DNA of 64,000 nt from an uncultured Eubacteriales bacterium (GCA_964429795.1 CAYSCW010000004.1:35939-99938), one strand, 5' to 3'; counted from the first letter of the stretch, positions 19,246 through 29,469 are shown. The notes: generated from the letters alone by a model not told the origin. Program-made: numbers and translations.

Positions 19246-20490
19246 TTATTTCGCCTCCAACTGCTCGATAAAGGCTTCGATATTTGTCTTGGCCTGCTCT
19301 TCTGAATAACACCGGAGATCGTTCAGGTCACCGTTTATAGTCAGAGAGGGAAGATTCAATTTTTTCTCCAGTCTTTCGGGCATGCCGTAACGATTGTTGG
19401 AATTGTTCGGGCAGGTCTTTGCATCATGGAACAGAATTCCATCTATTTTGAATTTTCGCACCATATCTTCGATGTATTTCTCCTTATAATTCTCATCCCT
19501 GACTATGAATATCTCTGTATAAGCCCGAACCATACTTATGAAGGGATCTTCAGGATCGAAGGAATCAAAGATCCAGCTGTTGCAGTAGGTGGAAGCGATA
19601 ACAGCTGTCCGTAGTGCGATGAAAAACTCGGCCAGACTCCTCAATTTTCCCCAGATCGGCATCCCTTCCCAGTAAAGCCGGTATTTTTCATCCCCTACCG
19701 CTCCTTCTCTGTTAGCAATCCTTTCCTCAAGTTCCTGGAGAAGCACTTCATAATACTCCACAGCCTGGGGACTTCCTCTCAAAACCACGGCCGGCCCCAT
19801 ATGGATGGTTCCATCAAAAAAGCTCATCGGGGCGGGAAGAGCCATGTTGACTTCCAGAACTTTTTTCCACATTTCTGTGCATTTTTTGGATAAGGCTAAA
19901 ACCTCACGAAATCTATCTATATCGAATTTATTGCCAGAAATCTTTTCTAGAGATGGGATCATGTCCTTTATCTGCTGAACAATGACCTGGAGATGATAAT
20001 CTTTGATCTCTCCTATGTTTCTGTAAGTAGATATACCAATTGCAGGAACGTTCAACTCTCTGGAATACCAGGAAAACCAATCCTGGACATCCCGGCACTG
20101 GTTGGTGTTGTAAACTAACACATCGGGCTTGGGAACCCCATCAATACCCTCGTAGGCTCGTGAGAGAGGAGTTTCTTTTTTTATGAAAGCACCCACATCA
20201 CTCGTTAAATACGAGCAAATATCCGGTGAATATCCGATAGCATTGCTCACGGGAATATAATCGTTGGCTGTACGGGTAGATCCCAGCATGGCACCGTGAT
20301 TCTCAGGATAATGGACAAGAAATCCTAAACTCAATAAAAGCTCAGCAGGGCCAACACTCGTGCACCAAGCTATTTTAGGCGATCCCTCCTTAGAAGCTCT
20401 ATCCATCTCATAAAAATAATCGGCCATGATCTTTCTCATATGACCTGTGGCCTTGATTTTTTTGATGAGGGATTTCTTTTCTTCGCTCAT
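19246..20490 (-). CDS. 2-hydroxyacyl-CoA dehydratase / benzoyl-CoA reductase B/C-like subunit (HGD-D family); single copy
   Basis: HGD-D family features, including a conserved C-terminal CPNNSNNRYG cysteine region. The likely start MSEEKK at 20490 has an AAGGAGG RBS 5 nt upstream. Only one such subunit is present where two are usual. Confidence 0.7.
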   Translation of the reverse strand: MSEEKKSLIKKIKATGHMRKIMADYFYEMDRASKEGSPKIAWCTSVGPAELLLSLGFLVHYPENHGAMLGSTRTANDYIPVSNAIGYSPDICSYLTSDVGAFIKKETPLSRAYEGIDGVPKPDVLVYNTNQCRDVQDWFSWYSRELNVPAIGISTYRNIGEIKDYHLQVIVQQIKDMIPSLEKISGNKFDIDRFREVLALSKKCTEMWKKVLEVNMALPAPMSFFDGTIHMGPAVVLRGSPQAVEYYEVLLQELEERIANREGAVGDEKYRLYWEGMPIWGKLRSLAEFFIALRTAVIASTYCNSWIFDSFDPEDPFISMVRAYTEIFIVRDENYKEKYIEDMVRKFKIDGILFHDAKTCPNNSNNRYGMPERLEKKLNLPSLTINGDLNDLRCYSEEQAKTNIEAFIEQLEAK

Positions 20491-20716
20491 TTTACCTCCT
20501 TCAAATAAAGACAATACTCTCTTTTGAGTTGCTGTGGTTTAACTTTTTAGGTGGGGAACAAGCAAAATCTCTTCCTTTTGAAAATATCAAAATATCAATA
20601 TTGCCATTTCAAGTCAACTGTTTCAAGCGAAATCATCTCTTTTTCCGTAATGAGGAAAGACATTTGATAGAATGAGGAATGGCGGCGCGGGTTTCCGTCC
20701 ATCCCCGACTGAATGG

Positions 20717-20745
20717 TTGACAGCGGGGAAATCAGGTGATATGTA
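20717..20745 (+). promoter_or_regulatory. Sigma70-like promoter candidate for the downstream hydratase/ADH operon
   Basis: TTGACA (20717-20722), 17 nt, TATGTA (20740-20745), about 60 nt upstream of the ATG at 20806. It lies in a 290-bp divergent intergenic region that also holds an AAAATATCAA direct repeat. Confidence 0.3.
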
Positions 20746-20805
20746 TTACATCTCAACTCCCATCAATCGACATTGATGAAAATCATCCTTTAAAAGAGGA
20801 ACATC

Positions 20806-21585
20806 ATGACTCAAAAAAATTATGAAAACGTCCTCTTTGAAATCAAAGAAGAAAAGGCGCTCTTAACCATCAACCGCCCCCCTTTAAACATACTGAATAT
20901 CGCGACAATGGAAGAAATGAATGAGGCTCTGCGTTCTTTAATGGAGAATATAGAAGTCAAAGTTGTGATTATATCCGGGAGCGGGGACAAGGCTTTCTCT
21001 GCAGGAGTGGATGTGGCTGACCATACAGAAGAAAAGGTAGAAAAGATGCTTCATGTCTTTCATGATATCTTCCGCAACCTCGCCAAACTCGATCAGGTCA
21101 CTGTGGCTGCCTTGAAGGGATTGACTTTAGGAGGAGGATGTGAAATCGCTCTTTTCTGTGATTTGATCATCGCCGCTGACAATCTGAAAATCGGACAGCC
21201 GGAGATAAAACTCTCAGTCCTTCCTCCCATAGCCCTATTGATCATGCCCCGCCTTGTGGGACTGAAAAAAGCAGCCGAGCTCCTGTTAACAGGAAAAACC
21301 ATCGATGCCCATGAAGCCGAGCGAATAGGTCTGATTAACAAAGTCACACCTCTTGACTCATTCGATTCTGAATTGGAGACCTTTATTCAACCCCTGACTG
21401 AGCTGAGCTTGGTGGGATTGAAGTATTCCAAAAAAGGAATCACCCTGGGATTAGAAACGGCTTTCTCGGAAGGACTGCAGAGGATTGAAGAGATTTATCT
21501 TGGAGAATTGATGTCCTCAGAAGATGCCCATGAGGGTCTCCGAGCCTTTATGGAGAAAAGAAAGCCTCTCTGGAAAAATAAATAA
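20806..21585 (+). CDS. Enoyl-CoA hydratase/isomerase (crotonase); candidate cyclohexa-1,5-diene-1-carbonyl-CoA hydratase (Dch-like)
   Basis: 259-aa crotonase fold (SGSGDKAFSAGVD, GGGCEIALFCD); immediately followed by a Zn-ADH, as in dch-had pairs. Confidence 0.65.
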   Translation: MTQKNYENVLFEIKEEKALLTINRPPLNILNIATMEEMNEALRSLMENIEVKVVIISGSGDKAFSAGVDVADHTEEKVEKMLHVFHDIFRNLAKLDQVTVAALKGLTLGGGCEIALFCDLIIAADNLKIGQPEIKLSVLPPIALLIMPRLVGLKKAAELLLTGKTIDAHEAERIGLINKVTPLDSFDSELETFIQPLTELSLVGLKYSKKGITLGLETAFSEGLQRIEEIYLGELMSSEDAHEGLRAFMEKRKPLWKNK

Positions 21586-21596
21586 AGGAGGAAGAA

Positions 21597-22625
21597 ATGA
21601 AAGCGGCTGTGTTTTATGAGCCTAACCAACCCCTCAAAATAGAGGACGTGGAAAAGCCGGAAATCAGCCTTCATGAGATCCTGGTGAAGGTCGCCGCATG
21701 CGGCGTCTGCAATACGGATCTGCATTATATCGATCATGGGGTTCCCACGTTCAAAAAACCACCCATGATCCTGGGCCATGAACCATCGGGGATTGTGGAG
21801 GAAGTCGGTGAAGAGGTCAAAAACTTTAAGGTCGGCGATCGTGTGCTCATCCCTCCTGTTTTTTCCTGCGGTTATTGTCCCAATTGCCGATTGGGTCGGG
21901 AGAATATTTGCTTCAACATGCTGATGTTAGGAAATCACATCGATGGGGCTTATGCAGAATACACCAAGGTGCCGGCCAAAGACTGCCAGCACCTTCCCGA
22001 GGAGCTTCCCCTTGAAGAATCGAGCATCATCGCTGACGCTATATCCACACCTTATCATGCGGTCAAAAACAGAGCTCAGGTCAAGCTGGGAGACTCGGTG
22101 GTGGTGTTTGGCTGCGGCGGAGTAGGTATAAACGTTGTCCAGATGGCAGCCGCTTCTGGCGGATCGGTCATTGCTGTGGATCTCGTGGATAAAAAATTGG
22201 AAATCGCAAAACAGCTGGGGGCACTGCACACCATCAACGCTTCAGGAAAAGAAGACAAGGAACTCCTCAAGGAGATACGCAAATTGACGGATGGAGGAGC
22301 GGATATCGCCATTGAAGCTATCGGCAATCCCAAGACCATAGAGCTGGCTTTCGGTGCGGTCAAGGCAGGTGGCCTACACTGTCAAGTGGGATACACTCAT
22401 CACAGCGTGTCTTTAAACGCAGCAAGATTGATGTTCCGAGAGATCGAAATCAAAGGCTCCCTGGGTTGCCGTCCTGTGGATTATCCCAAGATCATCGAGA
22501 TGGCAAAGACGGGGAAGATTCAACTCAAGCCTGTGGTCACCAACAAGTTCAAGCTGGAAGAGATAAACGATGCGTTCGACCTGCTAAGGAAGGGTGAAGC
22601 CCTGAGATCCATCATCGTCCTCTAA
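21597..22625 (+). CDS. Zn-dependent medium-chain alcohol dehydrogenase; candidate 6-hydroxycyclohex-1-ene-1-carbonyl-CoA dehydrogenase (Had-like)
   Basis: CGVCNTDLHY and GHEPSGIVEEVG zinc motifs plus a GxGxxG NAD site; its start lies 11 nt after the upstream hydratase stop. Confidence 0.7.
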   Translation: MKAAVFYEPNQPLKIEDVEKPEISLHEILVKVAACGVCNTDLHYIDHGVPTFKKPPMILGHEPSGIVEEVGEEVKNFKVGDRVLIPPVFSCGYCPNCRLGRENICFNMLMLGNHIDGAYAEYTKVPAKDCQHLPEELPLEESSIIADAISTPYHAVKNRAQVKLGDSVVVFGCGGVGINVVQMAAASGGSVIAVDLVDKKLEIAKQLGALHTINASGKEDKELLKEIRKLTDGGADIAIEAIGNPKTIELAFGAVKAGGLHCQVGYTHHSVSLNAARLMFREIEIKGSLGCRPVDYPKIIEMAKTGKIQLKPVVTNKFKLEEINDAFDLLRKGEALRSIIVL

Positions 22626-22695
22626 GGGATAGGCTTTTTTACCTTCGCGGGAAAAGGCCTCCTGGTTACAGGATCAGATTTCGAAACTTTGGCGA

Positions 22696-24381
22696 TCAGG
22701 AGACTCTCTTAATGACCACCAGAGTCATGTCGTCCATCTGATCGGTCCCAGAAGTGAATTGCCGCACCTCATCGTGGATTTTATCCAGGAGCTTCTGAGC
22801 GCTTAATTTCGGTTTCTTTTTGATAAGACTGATCAGCCTCTCCTCGCTGAACTCTTCATTCTTTTTATTCCGGCTTTCGGTGATTCCATCTGTAAAGAGA
22901 AGAGCCATATCGCCAGGCTCTATGGTCATTGCATTGATTTCATAGGTGGATAAAGGAAACATTCCCAGGCAGAGGCCACTGCTTTCCAGACGTTCTATCT
23001 TCTCATTCTTCTTCAAGATCAGCGGGGGGTTGTGTCCGGCATTGATAAATCGCATTTCTCCATTCTTCCTGTTCAGTTCACAGAAGAAAAAGGTGATAAA
23101 ATTATTGGGGGCGGAGCTGCGATGGACAAAATTATTGAGCTTTCCGGCCATCTCCTCTAATTTATACAATGGGTGGAGCTCTGAATGGAGGGCTGCTCTC
23201 AGAGAAGCCATGAGGAGGGAAGCACTCACCCCCTTTCCTGAAACATCGGCGATCACAATTCCCAAACGGCAAGGGTCGATATCTATAAAGTCATAATAAT
23301 CCCCTCCCACTTGATAACAGGGGATATTGGAGCCTGCAATCTCAAAATTATCGCAGGAAGGATTCTCTTTGGGCAGAAAGTCTTTCTGGATTTGAGAAGC
23401 CAGGGCGAGTTCTTTCTCCATCTTTTCCTGCTCGATGGCCTTCTCGATAAGCTCAGCATTTTCGATTTTAACAGCAGCCAGATTGGAGAGAAGAGTCAAC
23501 AGCCGCAAATCCTCATCGCTGAATCTCTCAAGACTCATTATCCTGTCTGAATAGATGATTCCGATGATCTCTTTGTTGTTCCAGAGGGGAATACACATCG
23601 CTGAATGGATGTTGGATTTGATGATGCTGTCCATGGCTCTAAAACGGGTGTCTGCTTGAGCGTCAGAAGTGAGTATAGAGGAATGCTTGTCCATGGCCAT
23701 GTCGACAATGCTCTTGCTGACCTGGATTTTCTGGCCCATGAGGCGATCATTATTGATACGAACCACCTTTGGAATCAATTGAGGGGGATTGCCTTCCTTC
23801 AACATTAAAATCCCCCTGTCCATGGGAAGATGCTCACTGATAAGATCCATGATATACTCGAGCAGCTCGGTCAGGGGTTTGTGGAGGATGAGGGCTTGGC
23901 TGACTTTGCTCAAGATGGAATAAGCCTTATTTTCTGACTTGATCCTTTCCAAGTCAAAAGGTGTAGCTGTAGCAGCTTTTATGGTTGTCTCTATATCAGT
24001 TTTTTTCAGGATTTCTTTAACATTGACGATGGTGTTGACATTGACCGAAGAGGAAGGATCGTCCATGACTTCCACATTGGTTGAAATCTCCTTATCGAAG
24101 AAAATCCTGGTGGAGCCGATGAGGATTTCGTCACCCTTATTGATTCGGGTCTCAGCCTGTATTTTTTTTCCGTTGAGAAAGGTCCCATTTTTGCTGGAAT
24201 TGTCCCGAATCGCATATCCAGATTCTATCGTATAGATAAAGACATGATAACCTGAACAGAAGGGATCAGGAATATAGATATCGTTATCGGCAGAACGACC
24301 GATAGAGATCTTCTTTTTTTTCAACGGGAAACGGATGATGTCCCCTTTTTTCGGATAGACGAACAATCGAGGCATGACCAA
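22696..24381 (-). CDS. FHA-GAF-PP2C (SpoIIE/RsbU-type) serine phosphatase
   Basis: N-terminal FHA signature (ISIGRSADNDIYI...SGYH), a central GAF-like region, and C-terminal PP2C motifs (GIVIADVSGKGVSASLLMA, FTDGITE). Confidence 0.75.
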   Translation of the reverse strand: MVMPRLFVYPKKGDIIRFPLKKKKISIGRSADNDIYIPDPFCSGYHVFIYTIESGYAIRDNSSKNGTFLNGKKIQAETRINKGDEILIGSTRIFFDKEISTNVEVMDDPSSSVNVNTIVNVKEILKKTDIETTIKAATATPFDLERIKSENKAYSILSKVSQALILHKPLTELLEYIMDLISEHLPMDRGILMLKEGNPPQLIPKVVRINNDRLMGQKIQVSKSIVDMAMDKHSSILTSDAQADTRFRAMDSIIKSNIHSAMCIPLWNNKEIIGIIYSDRIMSLERFSDEDLRLLTLLSNLAAVKIENAELIEKAIEQEKMEKELALASQIQKDFLPKENPSCDNFEIAGSNIPCYQVGGDYYDFIDIDPCRLGIVIADVSGKGVSASLLMASLRAALHSELHPLYKLEEMAGKLNNFVHRSSAPNNFITFFFCELNRKNGEMRFINAGHNPPLILKKNEKIERLESSGLCLGMFPLSTYEINAMTIEPGDMALLFTDGITESRNKKNEEFSEERLISLIKKKPKLSAQKLLDKIHDEVRQFTSGTDQMDDMTLVVIKRVS

Positions 24382-24419
24382 CCTTCATTTTTAATTATAC
24401 TCTTATAGGAAAAAAGATT

Positions 24420-26942
24420 TCAAGATACTCCTGATCTTTCTAGAGTCCTCATATTCTTTTTGCACTTCCTAACTTTATCCTCAAAGGGAATATCGTCGAT
24501 CAAGGGCAAGAGAAATTCCATCATTTCTTTCTTCAGCATGTTATCCAGAAGTTCGATGGAATAGTCGATGGATTTTTTTGTCCCTGCAGTGATGTTCTGG
24601 TACGCCTTGATGACATCTTCTTTAGCATAGACCAGACTCAGAAGTTCAAAAATATGCTTAAGGCAACGCGCTAAATTTTTTTCTAGCTCCTTAGCTAGAG
24701 ACACTTTTTTCTCATCCCCTTTCAAGCCGTCGATTTCTATCAAGATCAGATAGCTTTTCTTTATCATCCGCAGAGTTTCAGGAAGAACAATCTCATCTCG
24801 AAAATGGATATGGGGGTGTTTTGATTTCATCTTGAACATGGCCTCGATAATCTCCGACTCTACATCACCGTCTCTTCTTTTCAGCCCTAAGGAAAGGAGA
24901 TAGGCAGCTTTTTGAGTCCCTGTGTTGGCTAAGATATCAGGGATGGCCTTTCGGACTCGGATGTCTTCATCCTGGTCTCCCAGATAATCTTTTAGTGTCC
25001 CCACGATTTTGTTTCCATATTCAGCCAGAGCCTCACTGGCTATCCTTTGGGTAGAAGGCCTGCGAAGATGAGGAATGATGAGAGGAACAAAATCTCTTGT
25101 CTTCAGTTTTCCAGCGCTCTCCACAGCATATTTGATGACTTCTGGCGATTTATCTCGAAGAAGCTTGTTGAGATTATGAGTAAGAGAGGAGGTTGGTTTC
25201 ATCATACCCAGAACCTTGGCTGCTTCCATCTTGGACACTTCCGCATCCTTGCTTTCCTCATCGGCGATTTTATCGATGTGCTCTTTCATCAACTCCTGGT
25301 AGACATCGAGGGACATGATTTCCTTAACCTGGGCATCGAGATCTTCCTCCTCCAGAACATCATCCATTTCAGGAAGCAAGGCCTCGCCATCCAATTCCAG
25401 AAGGGAATCCATAGAGCCGGCTTTTATTTCATCAGATTTGCCGGAGATTATTCCTTTTAATGCAGGACTTAATTTATCTCTTTTGACTAGGTCAAAAAGA
25501 TTCATAGCATAAAGGACTGAACTCCTTTTTTTGCTTTCCAGAGTGTCAAAAACAAGTTTTGTCATATCGATATCAATCTTTTCTCCGATAAATTTATCCG
25601 CGTCTTCCCATTTTATTCTTAAGTTTCTCTTGACAATACCCACATACTCCTTGGTAATCATGAGATTAAGGCCAATCCATACAATGAGAAAAATTATGGT
25701 GACCAAACTGATTCGGACGACAGATAAATGAAAAACGAAAAGGAACAATAGGATAATGAGAGCTCCAAGACCTTTTGCAAATTTGTTGACAAACATATCG
25801 ATGAAGACCTTGGCTTTATATTTGATGTCAGGAGAAATGGGGATGTAAAGAAGCTCTCTCACTGACTGATTGAGGGAATAGGCCAGACTTTTATCCGCCC
25901 CTTTAATCAAGACTCCCCAGTAAATCAAATAGAGCATGGGGATGAAGAAGATGGCCACAGAACCCACCAATAAGAGAAAAGGGGCAACTAAAAGCGCCGC
26001 GCGGATTCCGAAGTTCTTCAGGATACGGCTGGTGAGAAGGACATGTAGCAAATAGGAAAATACAAGCATTCCAGTAAAAAAAATCCCCAGAAAAGAAGTC
26101 ATAGCATCTTTCTTGACCAAAACCTCCCCATCTACGGCCTCTGTGAAATGCTTTTCAACCACAGAATTGAACTGAAAATCGATCAAAGTGGTCACCACAA
26201 AAGTCGCAATCATGATCCCGCAGAGAAGCAGCAAATAACGATTTTTCCTGATCAACTGTAGGCTTTTGCCGTATCCTACCCTGGTTTTTTTCTTATCTCT
26301 AGTGGGCTGAGTCTCTTCCTCTTTTTCTCCTGGTATGCATTTTGAGATGAAAGTGATAATAACCAGACAAAAGATAAGCATCAGAGGACAAATCAAAAGG
26401 AGGTTTTCTGTTCCGAATTGCATGGCCAACAACGAGGCCAAAAGGGCTCCTGCTACTCCTCCCAAAAGTCCTCCGCTTACCAGAAAGCCAATCAGTCTTT
26501 TTGCCTGCCTTGGGTTATAGATATCGTTAACCAATATCCAGAATTGAGTGACAGATGTGGCTATGAAAATATCTGCCCAAAACCAATAAATTATGGAAAG
26601 CCAATCCCAGTTATATCTGAAAAACATCCAGAACAGCAAAAGACAGACTATAAAAAAAACCAGGCTCAAAGAGATGTAAACACGTCTCTTCATCACATGC
26701 AACAACCTGGAATTTAAAGAAACCACAAAACCGATCAAGACGGCTGTCAAAAGGTAGGCATAAGGGAGTCTGGTGAAAGACAGGCTTTCCAGGAAGAGCG
26801 AAATCTTGACGGGTTTGATGATGTAAACCGAGGAAGTGATGAGGAAAAAATAAATGAACAAGAGAATAGAGGAAGAAACTTCCCCTGCTCTTATGTCAGC
26901 AAAGTAGGATAAAAGCTTTTGGACTCGGTTCTTAGCCATCAA
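24420..26942 (-). CDS. TLC-family (ATP/ADP-translocase-like, TC 2.A.12) transporter fused to a C-terminal HEAT-repeat domain
   Basis: 840 aa. The N-terminal ~430 aa are polytopic and carry the TLC signature block FWILVNDIYNPRQAKRLIGF (compare Tlc FWQFANQITKIAEAKRFY). The C-terminal ~400 aa are soluble with repeated helical HEAT/PBS-lyase-like units. The gene overlaps its paralog by 11 nt. Confidence 0.6.
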   Translation of the reverse strand: MMAKNRVQKLLSYFADIRAGEVSSSILLFIYFFLITSSVYIIKPVKISLFLESLSFTRLPYAYLLTAVLIGFVVSLNSRLLHVMKRRVYISLSLVFFIVCLLLFWMFFRYNWDWLSIIYWFWADIFIATSVTQFWILVNDIYNPRQAKRLIGFLVSGGLLGGVAGALLASLLAMQFGTENLLLICPLMLIFCLVIITFISKCIPGEKEEETQPTRDKKKTRVGYGKSLQLIRKNRYLLLLCGIMIATFVVTTLIDFQFNSVVEKHFTEAVDGEVLVKKDAMTSFLGIFFTGMLVFSYLLHVLLTSRILKNFGIRAALLVAPFLLLVGSVAIFFIPMLYLIYWGVLIKGADKSLAYSLNQSVRELLYIPISPDIKYKAKVFIDMFVNKFAKGLGALIILLFLFVFHLSVVRISLVTIIFLIVWIGLNLMITKEYVGIVKRNLRIKWEDADKFIGEKIDIDMTKLVFDTLESKKRSSVLYAMNLFDLVKRDKLSPALKGIISGKSDEIKAGSMDSLLELDGEALLPEMDDVLEEEDLDAQVKEIMSLDVYQELMKEHIDKIADEESKDAEVSKMEAAKVLGMMKPTSSLTHNLNKLLRDKSPEVIKYAVESAGKLKTRDFVPLIIPHLRRPSTQRIASEALAEYGNKIVGTLKDYLGDQDEDIRVRKAIPDILANTGTQKAAYLLSLGLKRRDGDVESEIIEAMFKMKSKHPHIHFRDEIVLPETLRMIKKSYLILIEIDGLKGDEKKVSLAKELEKNLARCLKHIFELLSLVYAKEDVIKAYQNITAGTKKSIDYSIELLDNMLKKEMMEFLLPLIDDIPFEDKVRKCKKNMRTLERSGVS

Positions 26943-29439
26943 TTTTTTTTAAAAGCGAAGAGGTCTTGAGCAGGCCTCGGCACCTTTTCACTCTTTGTGC
27001 AAAAGGAATATTTTCGATGAGGGGAAGGAGGATGTCTCTAATTTCCTTTTCCAGAGTATTGTCAAGAAGTTCAACAGCATAAGCAGTCGAATCCTTGGTC
27101 CCTTCCTTGATGTTTTGATAGGCCCTGAAAATATCTTCATGCGTGTAGATGAGTCCCAGCAGCTTGAAAATATTGGCCAGAGACTGAGTAAGATCCTGAC
27201 GAGCGGGCTTTTCCGCTTGTTCTTTCTTTTCCTTAGTCAACGCTCGATAAAAATCAATGAGATTTGTACAGTAATTCTTGACTTCTTTGGCAATTTTTCG
27301 CTTGACGATCTCTTTCTGGAATAGAAAATCAGGATTATCCGAGCGGATTCTATCTAAGGCATCGATCAGTTCTGGATCCAGATCATCCTTTTCCTCTGCA
27401 AGTTCCCAGGTGAGGAAGTCGAGCGCTTCCTGGCCTCCAATGCGTGCTACGACTTTGACCAATTCTTTTCTCAACTCTATATCCACCTCAGAATCTCCTA
27501 TATAATCAGAAAGAGTGCCGACGATTTTTTGGCCGTATTTTTCAAGAGCTGTACTGGCATCTTCACGGGTAAGACGGCTGGATAACTTCTGGACTATAGA
27601 AGGAACATAATCTCTCTGCTTTAGCCTGGCTGCACTCTCCACAGCATACTTGCTCACCTCAGGTGATTCTTCATGGAGAAGGTCTTCAAGCGTATGGGTA
27701 AGAGGAGAATGAGAGTCCATCATTCCCAGAGCTTTGGCTACTTCCATTTTGGCGATTTCTGTCTCCTTGCCTTCTCTAGACATGACTTTCTCCACATAAT
27801 CCTTCATGACTTCCTGATAAACATCCAAAGACATGATCTCTTTTATCTCTTTCTTCAAGAATTCTTCACTGATATCATCCTCTGTTTCAGGTATCAGAGT
27901 GGTCTCTTCGGTCTCTAAAAGCACTCCCAATGAGGAGACTCTTATCTCATCAGATTTGTAAGAAATTACTTTTTTCAGCTCAGGAGTCAGTTTGTCCTGT
28001 TTGATCAAGTCGAACAAATGCATGGCATATAAGACAGAACTCCGATTCTTGCTCTCGATGGTGTCAAACACCAATTTCGTGTAATCCACATCCATTCTTT
28101 CTGTTATGAGCTTATCTGCTCGATCCCATCTCTTCTCCAACTTGTTTTTGACTGTACTCACATATTCCCGACTGACCTTAAGGTTGAGGAGAATCCAGAC
28201 AAGAATAAAAAGAACCGAAACAAGGCTAGTAAATCGGATGCCGATGGGCACCAGAACAAGGATCATGAGAATTAAAGCCCCAATGCCCTTGGCAAATCTG
28301 TTGATAAATATATCGATGAATATCTTTGCCTTAGTCTTGAGCTCTGGAGAGACAGGAATGTAGAGTAGCTCCCTAACGGATTGATTGATGGAATAAGAAA
28401 GGCTTTTATCACTCCCCTTAAGAAAGATGGCAAAAACGATACTGGCAAAGACAGCAATCCCTAAGGAGCCGAGAAGTAATAGAAGAGGAAAAAGCAGAAG
28501 AGTCAAACGAATACCATAGCGCTTGATGATGTTGCTAGTCATGAGTAGCTGAAGGAAGAACGCGAAAACCATCAACGCAGCATAAAAATGCCCAAAAAAG
28601 AATGTCAGATTATCCTTTCCAGAGATATTGATATCAATAACTCCTTTGAACTGAAAATCGATAAAAGTAGATACAATCCATGTGATGGTCACCATGGCTG
28701 CCAGCAATTTTAGATAAGAGTCTCGCCTCACTGTATTGAAACAATCCTTAAAACCCACTTTAAGTGGTTCTCCCCCTTTGCTTATATCTCTATTTTTGCC
28801 CGCTTTCACCTTATCAAATGTAGATTGTCGTTTCCTGTGCAACACAAAGATATAATGAACGATGAAAATACAGACAAAAAACATTCCGCAAGCTATGAGA
28901 AGAAGATGATTGGAAACTTTTGACTTAGCTAAAAGTCCAGCCGTTTCATATCCGACGATGCCTCCTAAAATTCCCCCACTCCCCATGAATCCGATCATCC
29001 GCTTAACCTCTCTTGGATTAAACACATCGTTAACAGTGATCCAAAATTGAGTCATCAGAACCACCAACATATTGACCCAGATCCAAAAAGCAAGAGGTAT
29101 CCATTCCCATTCCTTAGGGAAAATCCACCAAAAGAGCAGGGAGGTCAGGATGAAAAAGACAAGGCTGAGGGTAAGTAAAAGATGTCTTTGGATTTTGGCC
29201 TGGAGTTTAGAATGAAAAGCAACCACAAAACCTATGATTATAGCTGTAAGCAAGTAGGCAACAGGTAATTTTTTATAGGACAAAACATCCAAATAGAAGG
29301 CATCTCTCAAGGGTTTGACAATGGAGAAAGGAGCTGCGATAAGAAAAAAATAAAGAAAAAGAAGAAGAGCTATAAGCTCTTCACCAGGATTCAAATCGAC
29401 GATACGCGATAAAACTTTATACAGGCGATTTTTGGCCAT
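26932..29439 (-). CDS. TLC-family transporter fused to a C-terminal HEAT-repeat domain (paralog of 24420-26942)
   Basis: 835 aa with the same architecture; TLC block FWITVNDVFNPREVKRMIGF. The two genes are tandem and translationally coupled. Confidence 0.6.
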   Translation of the reverse strand: MAKNRLYKVLSRIVDLNPGEELIALLLFLYFFLIAAPFSIVKPLRDAFYLDVLSYKKLPVAYLLTAIIIGFVVAFHSKLQAKIQRHLLLTLSLVFFILTSLLFWWIFPKEWEWIPLAFWIWVNMLVVLMTQFWITVNDVFNPREVKRMIGFMGSGGILGGIVGYETAGLLAKSKVSNHLLLIACGMFFVCIFIVHYIFVLHRKRQSTFDKVKAGKNRDISKGGEPLKVGFKDCFNTVRRDSYLKLLAAMVTITWIVSTFIDFQFKGVIDINISGKDNLTFFFGHFYAALMVFAFFLQLLMTSNIIKRYGIRLTLLLFPLLLLLGSLGIAVFASIVFAIFLKGSDKSLSYSINQSVRELLYIPVSPELKTKAKIFIDIFINRFAKGIGALILMILVLVPIGIRFTSLVSVLFILVWILLNLKVSREYVSTVKNKLEKRWDRADKLITERMDVDYTKLVFDTIESKNRSSVLYAMHLFDLIKQDKLTPELKKVISYKSDEIRVSSLGVLLETEETTLIPETEDDISEEFLKKEIKEIMSLDVYQEVMKDYVEKVMSREGKETEIAKMEVAKALGMMDSHSPLTHTLEDLLHEESPEVSKYAVESAARLKQRDYVPSIVQKLSSRLTREDASTALEKYGQKIVGTLSDYIGDSEVDIELRKELVKVVARIGGQEALDFLTWELAEEKDDLDPELIDALDRIRSDNPDFLFQKEIVKRKIAKEVKNYCTNLIDFYRALTKEKKEQAEKPARQDLTQSLANIFKLLGLIYTHEDIFRAYQNIKEGTKDSTAYAVELLDNTLEKEIRDILLPLIENIPFAQRVKRCRGLLKTSSLLKKIDG

Positions 29440-29469
29440 GGAAGGCTCTAAAGGAGAAAAGCCTGATCT

